From the NCBI GenBank assembly GCA_039545335.1, contig BCIN01000001.1, positions 124,001 to 188,000 on the forward strand: 64,000 nt of DNA. The letters run 5' to 3'. The notes below the pieces were generated by a model that was not told the DNA's origin, did not search any database, and worked only from the letters and a program-made list of their open reading frames with translations. Shown piece after piece: positions 54,222-64,000 of this stretch (within the stretch, counting starts at the first letter, position 1; the number at the start of each line of letters is the position of its first letter). A program made the position numbers and the translations under genes. The stretch is from Kondoa subrosea (taxonomy: Eukaryota).

Positions 54222-54834
54222 TCAACCACTCCAAAGTTGCTCTTTGTCAATCAAATAACCTTTGCTGTCAAAGAAAACACCCTCTTCACGCAAAATCTCC
54301 AGCTTCTTCCTACAATTGGGTCCCAATTCTTTCTTGTCTTTGGATATCTCCCCACCAAACCCACCAAGATACAAATCAGCGTTGATGATTCGATGACAAG
54401 GTACACCAGGAGCGAAAGGATTGTTTCGCAATGCAGAACCAACACCTCTTGCTGAAGAATTCAAGCTTTTGGCCATACTTCCATAAGTAGCTACTTTCCC
54501 TTTTGGAATATCTGTGGTTACATCATCTCAACTTCAGCAACCAGGTAAAGCTTGATTGAGGCCATTTGAACGCACTGCAGAGGAAATCGTATACTCTCCA
54601 TTGAAATGATGTACAACTTTTGCCTGTTTCAGGATGGGACCAAGCAGATCGAGCAGAAGGAGTAAGAGGGAATTCTAATTGTACACCATTGGAAATCGCT
54701 TGTATTGCTGCACTTTCACCGATTGATTGTTTTGACTTGTTCTTCTTCTTGATTGGCGATACTGCTGTTCGCGCGTAAGGTAGAGCTGTTTGCTTTGCTA
54801 TTGACGACTTCTTCTTTGTCGTACGCTCTGCCAT
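54222..54834 (-). CDS. MGT1: O6-methylguanine-DNA methyltransferase family protein
   Basis: TSFQWRVY...IPKGKVATYG...ARGVGSALRNNPFAPGVPCHRII, with the catalytic PCHR. Confidence 0.88.
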
Positions 54835-55286
54835 GTTTGTGGACGTCGCTGTTACATGAGAACGCGCTCAAAGAATTGGCATTGCGAAAGATTGCTCAAA
54901 CGATCGATCGAATCTGCTGTTATCCTGCTTGACCGCTGCCTCTATGGTATCCCTCCTGTATCCAACGATTCTCGCTTGAATGTTATGCAGTTCTCTTCTG
55001 ATTCAGCGATGAAATGGTCAATCTCAAAATGCCGTACATGCTGCCCGTTCGGTTTCTGCTCTCTAATGCTGTAACTACGAGGCCACGCCAAGTACTGCGG
55101 GCCCAAGCGGTGAAGCTTTTCGAGCTTACTCATTCTTGTGTAGCGATGTGTCAGCAAGGTTTGGGCGTTGCTTTGTCACAAAAGATAATATCCCTATCTA
55201 AAGACATCTCTCACCCCTCTCTCTCTCTTCTTCAACAACAACAACAACAGTAATCATTCGTCGGCTGCCAAGCTATTATTCTCCTA

Positions 55287-57001
55287 ATGAACGAAAGAAG
55301 GCAATATGATCTTATCGTATATGGAGCATCAGGTTTCCTTGTTTGTCACCTTCACTACTTTCTTTGCACTTCTTTCTCTTACGATGTATGAACAGGGGAA
55401 ATTGGTATCGCAATATTTGAAGAAGACTACTGGCAAAACGATAAAATGGGCAATTGCAGGTCGATCGAGAAGCAGATTACAACAAGTCAAGCAGGATCTG
55501 GGATTGGACGTAGATATTTTGGAGGCGGACAGTTTTGATGAGGATGGACTGGTGAAGTTGGTCAAACAGACCAAAGCCATCATCTGTAAGTCTTTCTCAA
55601 AATTGAAGATAAGCGCACAGATTAATGATATTTTCTTCTTTCTTAAGCACTTGTTGGACCTTACGAAATGTATGGCTCTACTCTTTACAAAGCTTGCGCG
55701 GAAAACGGGACTGCTTATTTCGATATATCTGGCGAAGTTGGATTCTGCGCCAACATGATCAAGAAACACTCTGGAGCTGCTACCAAGAGTGGTGCTCTGA
55801 TGATCAATTCTTGCGGGTGGGATTCAGTCCCAAGTGATTTGGGCACTTTCTCAGCTGTGCAGGAATTACAAAGTAGGTCCATGTTTCACAATCAGTATTC
55901 ATCGCAATTTGCTCAATGTAGTATTAGGAATCAAGCCAAATGTCAAGGTTGGTCTTGTTGAAACGGGACACAGCTATGCAGGAGGAATCAGCGGTGTGTG
56001 ACTTCGGTCTCTTTTTCGGTCAGGAGCTTATATCTTTACACAAAGGTGGTTCTTTTGCTACAATGCTATCCATGATCGAGGTAGAGCGAAACATCAGCAA
56101 AGAATCGCTGGATAATCCGTTTCTGCTGTCACCGATCGAAGCGCCAAACAAGAAGTACAAGCATGCGCAGGGTAGTCATTACAAGCATCCTATGCAGAGC
56201 GGAAAGAGTGGAGGGCAAGTTGTTGTTTCTATAATTACCATACATATAGCTAATTGAGTAGCAGGTTCTTTGTCATGGCTGCTCATAGTATGTCAATTCA
56301 CATGAATGTCTTGGAGTCAACAGCTTACATGCTTCGGCATCAGACAGCAGAATCGTTTATCGCACGTGAGTCAATGGTCTTGAAGCTTGTCTGTTCCTAA
56401 ACACTGTTGTTGTTTCAGATTTGGTCTTCTCGAAACTCAAGCCAAGGTCAAACCGGATCTGCTCCGTTATGGCGATAAGTTTCGATACAATGAATACGTA
56501 GAATACACCTCAGCAATTACGTCCGTTCTCGTTTCGGCCCTTATCATGTTCTCTCTCAGCTTGTTCGAATTTGCACCTGTTCGCGCTTTATTCAAGCGAT
56601 TCGGACCAAAATCAGGAGATGGACCAGACGAAGATGCACGAGACAAAGGATACTGGCAAGCTACTACAACGGCTTGCGAGTCGGATGGTCCTGCTCGGGC
56701 GGTAATCAAGGCCTATGGAAAAGGCGATCCTGTGCGCTTGCTTCCTCTCATGTAATGATTTATGCTGACAGGGCTATATCAGGGTCATGCTTCTACATCA
56801 GTAATGGTTAGCGAGTGCGCTCTAGCTTATCTCCAAGATTGGGATCGACTCCCAGAGATTGCAAAGGCTGGAGGATCTCTTACACCAGCAACAGCTTTCG
56901 GCAACGTTCTCAGAGAACGGCTAGAGCGAACGAGTCTCTTTTCCTTTGACGTCAAGAGCTCTTTATCAGCTCCAACACATGTGCATAAGAAGCTAGAATA
57001 G
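55287..57001 (+). CDS. saccharopine dehydrogenase-like oxidoreductase (SCCPDH family)
   Basis: YDLIVYGASGFLG, WAIAGRS, VGPY.MYG, YFDISGE, CGWDSVPSDLG, GDPGH..TSVMVSECAL, TPATAFG. Confidence 0.88.
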
Positions 57002-57269
57002 CGATGTGGGATTCACGTTACAGGAATTGCGCTGCGATGAATCGCTTTTTCACACGCTGCTCTGCTGCTCTCGTGATTTCTTCGGTGTACAGATTGTCAG
57101 ATGAAGCGGAATCAAGACATTGATTGCCCAGCAAGCAACAGATGACTTCTTATGAATTAAGCTATCTGTTCAGCACAGGCTATTGTCTCTCTATTCTTTA
57201 CTTACTCCCTCTCCGTTTTCTTTTCGCTGTTCGGCTATACTGAGCTTATGTCTCATCTTCATCGGATTC

Positions 57270-58533
57270 TCATCTTCAGCCAGCAACGGCAACGCATCAG
57301 CCCAACTACCTGTAAACAGCGCAGCTACTCAGCCTGGTAAGTAGCAGACTCCCACAAATAGCGGAAGCACATCTCTCACGAAGCGCGGTAGTGCGTTTGT
57401 CTATTATTCATGCATCACAAGAAAAACATGTGACGTGGTGTCAGTCCGTCTTTTTCTCCCTTCTTAAAGGTTCCAAGCTGACTGGCAAGACCTGTCCTTA
57501 CAGATTTAATGGCTCAAGCAGCGGATCTCTCAATTTTGGCGCATGCGATGCGATGGCTGCTCACACACATTGCCCAGTCTCGTCAATTTCATAGATGCCG
57601 CCGGGTAGCGCGAAAGCAACGCGCGAGTTCTGACGAAGTTTTATCAAGCAGATGAAAAAGTCTCGGTTGTATTGGCAATCAGCGGTGCCTCGAATACGAA
57701 ACACTGCGCACAAAACAGCTACTTCCGTCCCTCTTCTTTCATTATCAACGCTTCCAACACTATGCGCAATACCGACTCAGTGTATGTCCACGTCGCGCGA
57801 ATGGTTTGTGTCAAGTAAAGCTTTATCATATCGCTCAATGTCGCGGAACTGAGTCTGATGCAATAGTCTTATCGACAACATCCTTAAAGACATAGAAGCC
57901 AGTTCCAATCGAAGCAGAAGGCATCACGCGATCGTTGATTTGACGAATGAATTGAAAGACATTATCGGTCAGTGTATGCTTAGCATGACTCAAAGCGCAT
58001 TGATCTGATTTGCGACGATATCACCAGAACATATGAAGTATCTGACTCCAGCAAGACTCGCAACGGTTGCTCGCTTGAATCGATCTACCATTCAACACAT
58101 TCACCAACACATTCACGCTTTGCGCAAATCCTTGCAATTTCAACGTCTCTTCTCTTTTTTTGCATGTTTACATCGTTCGTCCATCACCTCTACCATCAGG
58201 AGATAAGCAAGTCCATTGACCTCATTCTCATTAGCCGAAACTTTCAATTGCTATTACGAAGAGCTTTATTACGACACTAAGCACGAAGGCCATGTACACG
58301 AATCGGATTATACTCTATTCAAGGTGGACGTTCACCAATTAGATGATATAGTACAGTGTGTCAGTGGATTAAGGAAAACTGACAAGGTCGTTCTGCTCAT
58401 CTTTGTCAACAGTTGGCGATTCTGCTTGAAGTCATGGCGACCGGTCAAACGTATGGATTATCTAAAGATATTACCCGCCCTGTTGATGAAATGCTGGTGC
58501 GATTTTCTTTACCTTATAGCATTCAGCTGTTAA
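57270..58533 (+). CDS. possible multi-exon hypothetical gene, boundaries uncertain
   Basis: A series of ~50-nt GT-AG intron-like segments separates short open exons. No clean start or full model was found. Confidence 0.3.
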
Positions 58534-58961
58534 TGATTGCTGTGGCTCATCGCGCCCATTTCAAATGGGAGTAGATATTGCGTTCTATACCTTGTGATGC
58601 TGTCTTCTCTTGTTATCGTGGGCGCTCGATACTGTCTGTTTGACGCAATGCTTTTGGGCAAATGTACGCACAGTCGTCGGTCGCACAGTGCACTATCATA
58701 GAAATGTCTTTGGCTTTGTTCGAGCTGCAAGTCTGGCTGGTCCAATTGTATATAGACAGAGCTGTTCCAATACGCGTTAATCAGACATTGCTCTTCTTCG
58801 ACTTCCTCACTTTCGAGCTTCCGAACTTGTTTTCTCGAAACAACGTTCGCAAGCGTGTATACCGTCGATTATAGTACCCAGAGGTCTCTATCTGCTCTTG
58901 GTGTATATCCAGACCAAGCTAGATAACCCTTACTGCTGTGTCAACGCATAAAACTCGCGAC

Positions 58962-61900
58962 ATGGTGAGTTTTGTTTGCGAAGTACAATGCCTGAACTCA
59001 TGAGGTCTGACAGTCGCTGTCTGTACCTGGAAACGACGATGACAAGTTCTCTGATATCGTAGGAGCTGATTCCACAACCGTTTCGCGCCAGGTCAGTCTT
59101 CTCTGTCGAAAATACAGACTGAAACTCATAAGCTCTGATAGCCCTCTGTGAAACCTTCTACTGCCAATCAATCAGAAGATGAAATCATGTCTGATCATTC
59201 AGAGTCTGAAGCTGAATCAGATCAAGACGAATTGATGGAAGATGCTACTGCTCCTGCTTCTGACAAACCTGATGGTGTAGCTGCTGTGAAAGTCAAGAAA
59301 CCACCTACTGAAGCACAATTGAAGAGAGCTGCTGATAGAGCTGAAAAGAAGAGCAGAAAAGCTGCTAGAAATGCGAAATTGCAAGAGCGTAGAAGTGGTG
59401 TTGATAGCAAAAAGGCAAGCACTTGCTTCTGCAGTCTTAGCTTATGGCTAATTTGCAGAGTATGGCCTTGCAGATGGCAGACTCTATCAAACGATTCTCC
59501 TACTTGCTTGGTCAAACCGATTTATTCTCTCATTTCTGCGATCTTAAGGTCAGCCGATTCCTTTCTGTAATTCCATTATACTCATTCAATATTACAGAAA
59601 CAACGAGACCCAGAATTCGCTCGATTACTTGAAGAAGCTGAGGGAGCATCGTCAGACAAGAAAGCTAGAGGCAAAGCCGCGGATAACAGACATCGGAAGA
59701 CTGAGAAGGAAGAAGATGCGGAATTGATCCAGGAGGAAGGCGATGAGGATGGTGATGCGCCTTTCGTTTTCACCGAGAGTCCTGTCTGTGAGTGAGATAG
59801 GACGTATAGCAATCAAAATGCTTACTTGTCAAATCTCTTTCACAGTCGTCAAAGGTGGTCAGATGCGTGATTATCAAGTCCAGGGTCTCAATTGGATGGT
59901 CAGCCTGAACCACAACGGTATCAATGGTATTCTAGCAGATGAAATGGTGGGTGAAACCTCAAAATCATCAGCTTGCTCTGCTGATATGATTTTGATCGAA
60001 CTGACAGGGTCTTGGTAAAACACTGCAAACAATCTCTTTCCTTGGCTATCTGAAGTACATGCGCAACATAGCTGGTCCTCATTTGATTATTGTTCCCAAA
60101 TCTACTCTGGACAATTGGTCTCGAGAAGTCGGTCATTGGGTTCCTGGTTTCAATGTTGTCATGCTTCGTGGTACAAAAGAAGAAAGGGTGCGTTCGCTGG
60201 AAGGAGCCACAATCAGTCTTGCTGATGGCAGCTTTTCGGAACTCACAGGCCGATATTATACAAGAATCTGTTCTCACCCAATCTTTCGACATCTGCATCA
60301 CCTCATATGAGATCTGTCAACGGGAGAAATCAAGTCTGAAGAAGATCAGTTGGGAGTACATTATCATTGATGAAGCTCACCGCATCAAGAACGTCGACTC
60401 GCTGCTATCTCAGATCGTTCGATTGTTTGATTGCAGACATAGGTTGCTCATCACCGGGACACCACTTCAGGTGAGTAGATGAGCGGCAGTCTTTGGCAAT
60501 CTAGATCGCTAAAGGTGGCTGTTGGCTTTGACAGAACAACTTGCAAGAACTTTGGGCTCTTTTGAATTTCCTCTTACCAGATGTCTTCAGCAATTCAGAA
60601 GATTTCGATAAATGGTTCGAATCCAGAGGTGAAGGTGGAGAAGACAGTGATCAAGTCGTTCAACAGCTTCACAAAGTATTGAGACCTTTCTTGCTACGAA
60701 GAGTGAAAGCGGACGTGGAGAAGAGTTTGTTACCAAAGAAGGAAATCAACGTTTATGTTGGTATGACTGATATGCAAAGAAAATGGTATCGTTCGATTCT
60801 GGAAAAGGATATCGATGCTGTCAATGGTTCGTGCTCTCTTTCATGTTCGATGATGAATCGTTCTGGAAACGAGCTGCCGAACAGGTGCAACTGGAAAGAA
60901 AGAAGGCAAGACTCGTTTGCAGAACATCGTCATGCAGTTGCGCAAGTGCTGCAATCATCCTTATCTGTTTGATGGAGCTGTGAGCTGTCGTTGCTCATTG
61001 CTTGCTTGATCCTTAAATGTGTTTCCAGGAACCCGGTCCACCGTATACAACTGACGAGCACCTTATTTTCAACTCTGGCAAGATGGTCGTTCTAGACAAA
61101 CTGCTCAAGAACATGAAGGCTAAAGGTTCTCGAGTACTCATCTTCTCCCAAATGAGTCGAGTTCTCGATATTCTGGAGGATTACTGCCAATTCAGGGAAC
61201 ATCGTGAGCCTATCAAAGCTTCCCGACTCACTTGTGCTAACAATGTCTGATAGAATACTGTCGACTTGATGGTCAGACTGCTCACGAAGATCGAATGGCT
61301 GCTATCGATGCCTACCAGAAACCTGATTCTGAAAAATTCATCTTCTTGCTTACCACCAGAGCTGGTGGATTAGGAATTACCCTCACATCAGCAGATATCG
61401 TTGTCATGTTTGATTCAGATTGGTTTGTTGACCCAAGATGAGGTTGCGAATCAAGTTGCTGACATTTAAAGCTTCCAGGAACCCTCAAGCTGACTTGCAA
61501 GCTATGGATCGAGCGCATCGTATTGGTCAGAAGAAGCAGGTCTATGTGTTCCGTTTCGTCACTGAGGTAAGTGCCTACCAATCTTGGTGACGTTCTGCTC
61601 ACATTTCCTCTTACAGAATGCGGTCGAGGAAAAGATTCTGGAGCGGGCTGCTCAGAAGCTACGTCTTGATCAACTGGTCATTCAACAGGGTCGAGCAGCG
61701 CCTGCTACAAACAAGAGTAAGTAGATAGTACTGCAATTCCCGTGTTGACGGGACTGACGGAATAACAGATCAGTCGAAAGAAGACATTCTTGAAATGATT
61801 CAGCACGGGGCAGAGAAGATTGTCAATGGCAAAGAAGATATGATGGTTAATGACGATATCGACGATATCATTCGAAGAGGTGAAGAGCGAACTCAGCAGC

Positions 61901-63358
61901 TCAATGAGAAGTACTCTTCGCTCAACATTCATGACTTGGCCAACTTCACTTCCGAAGGCACGACTACTGCATGGGAAGGAACAGAGTATGGCAAGCGAGC
62001 GATTGGCACTCTTTACATTGAACCTGAAAAGAGAGAACGCCGTGGAGCAAACTACAACGTCGATCGCTACTATGTGGATGCTATGTCTACCGGTGTCAGA
62101 AAGGGCCCCTTGCCTAAAGGACTCGTCAAACCGCCAACTACTGGTGTGAAGCGATACGATTTCCAATTCTTCCCGCCGAGATTGTATGCCTTAGTAGATA
62201 AGGAATTGGCTCATTTCAGAGTGAGTTATTTGGTCACCATGATGAAAGGCGATTTGACCTGATTTACATCGAAAGAAAACGCAAAATTATGTTGTGCCTT
62301 TGGTTGAATCCAAGACGAAAACTACTGCAGAACAGGAAGCTGAGCGTGCAGCTGAACAGAAGGTCATTGATGATGGTAAGGTGGCTTGTCCATCACCTGG
62401 CGTAGCTAAGGCTCTGTTCAGCTATTCCACTGACTGAAGAAGAGGAGGAAGAGAAGAATTCTTTGCTGTCTCAAGGTTTCGAAGACTGGCAAAAAAGGCA
62501 TTATCAAGCTTTCATTCGCGGCGCTGAGCAATTCGGAAGGTAAGGAGATGTTTCTCCTCGTCTTCGTCGCTGATTGATTTCTTCATCTGATAGGGATGAT
62601 TACGAAAGTATTCAAGCGAAAGAACTTCCAGACAAAACTGTCGAAGATGTTGCAGCCTATGGCAAAGTGTTCTGGCAGAGATACAAGGAGATCGAGGACT
62701 ACGAAAGACAGCTCAAGAAGATCGAGGATGCTGAAGCGAAACGAGAGAAGGAACGATATATTGAGCGATTGGTCAAAGAAAAGGTTGAATCAACGCGTCA
62801 TCCTTTCCAGCAGCTAGTCGTGGCCTATGCGAGTGAGTTGATTTTCCCGCTCTGCTCCAGTCAATCTCATAGATTTGGCAGATCAAACCAAAGGCAAGAC
62901 TTATACTGAGGAAGAGGATCGCTTCTTGCTCGTTCAGCTCAACAAGTATGGTTTGACTTCGGAAGGCGTCTATGAAAAGATCAAGAAGGATATCAGCAGC
63001 TGGCCTGCATTCCGCTTCGATTGGTCTGTTCAGTGAACCATGCGAAGGATTATCTGATTGTGAATGTTGACCGACAGGTTCATCAAATCTCGTACTCCTA
63101 TCGAATTGCAGCGTCGCTGCACGACTCTCGTATCCCTTGTGCAAAAAGAAGCCGTAAGCCGTCCATTACAGTTCAGGACTTTCGCTCATAAATTTACAGG
63201 AAGAAAACGAGCCCAGCGAGAAGCCCAAAACTGGACGCAGAGCACCAGTCAAAAAGGAGAGCACGCCTGTCGCTTCCACTTCCAATGGCCGCAAAAGGAA
63301 GTCAGCCGGAGGCGGAGAGTCTGAAAAGCCTGCTCCGAAGAAGAGGTCAAAGAAGTGA
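58962..63358 (+). CDS. ISW2: ISWI-family chromatin remodelling ATPase
   Basis: [54 protein letters not shown] and HAND-SANT-SLIDE ([23 protein letters not shown]). ISW1 versus ISW2 is not resolved. Confidence 0.9.
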
Positions 63359-63604
63359 TTTTTGCTACTTCAATTCTCCCCTTGTATTACCTGTATTGCA
63401 TATAGATGAGGCTGACATACTCACACCCGGTATTGATCATTCGAAACGTTTATCACACATAGCATGCAAAGAAACACTTAGGCCCCCATCATTTGACGCA
63501 GAATAACGACCTTGACCTGCTCAAAAGAGCTAATCCAATGTGCAAGTCTCTCCTTATGCCGTAGCCTCGTACTATTTTAGGGACTGCAGAGTGTAGAAAG
63601 CAGC

Positions 63605-64000
63605 TCAGTCGCAATCAGGCTCTTGAAACTCGACGTTTCCAAAAGTCTCAGTGTATCCGTCAATTTCGTTGCCTTTCTTGTGTGCTCTTCCGCTTCTACT
63701 ACTCTGGAGTCTGCGCTCCAAGTTATGCTCTACCTAAACAAATGTCTTTCCTGTCAGACCTGCACCGAGTCGCGTATGAGTATCCTGCCAATCAAAGGGC
63801 TTTCTTTGACTTGGGAGTTGTAGTGTTCAAGTTCATCCAGTCGTTCAAGGGTCACTCGCGGACGCGATGTCTGGGCATGTTGCTAGCACAGAATTGCAAA
63901 AGCACAAGCATGCTCTGAACCGCATCAAGGGTCAGAAGAGCGGACTAAGCTTGCCTGAATTGGACTCGAGTAAGCCTTTATGATTACTGCCTACCATTGC
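63605..64000 (-). CDS. possible 3' end of a minus-strand gene leaving the window
   Basis: Open, charged reading segments (LERLDELEHYNSQ; GYTETFGNVEFQEPDCD*) with intron-like gaps. No homology recognised. Confidence 0.25.

Overview
Gene-dense, intron-rich eukaryotic DNA of fungal type: many ~50-nt GT-AG introns, microexons and very short intergenic spaces. The gene content and style suggest a basidiomycete, possibly Pucciniomycotina (inference only). About 30 genes were reconstructed by manual splicing. Most are housekeeping: two DHHC palmitoyltransferases flanking AFG2, a tandem-bromodomain RSC subunit, MAPEG/MGST, TCTP, a GPATCH1-like protein, SNG1-like, Vps33, RBM42, Dsk2, a GH5 glucanase, myosin I, an MFS transporter, UvdE, a TFIIIC subunit, MGMT, an SCCPDH-like oxidoreductase and ISWI. 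The accessory-looking parts are: (i) a tandem pair of 4-Cys small secreted proteins with identical signal-peptide DNA and co-duplicated upstream sequence (11.1-12.9 kb); (ii) a DUF4436-like membrane protein with a Cys-loop-receptor-like transmembrane region (21.2-22.7 kb); (iii) a 30-38 kb island holding an F-box gene, a Kex2-type peptide precursor and three tandem F-box paralogs in graded decay (intact, one TGA at a Trp position, multiply broken). No tRNA, rRNA, CRISPR array or transposon was recognised. Family calls come from motif recognition, not database searches, and exon boundaries are manual.
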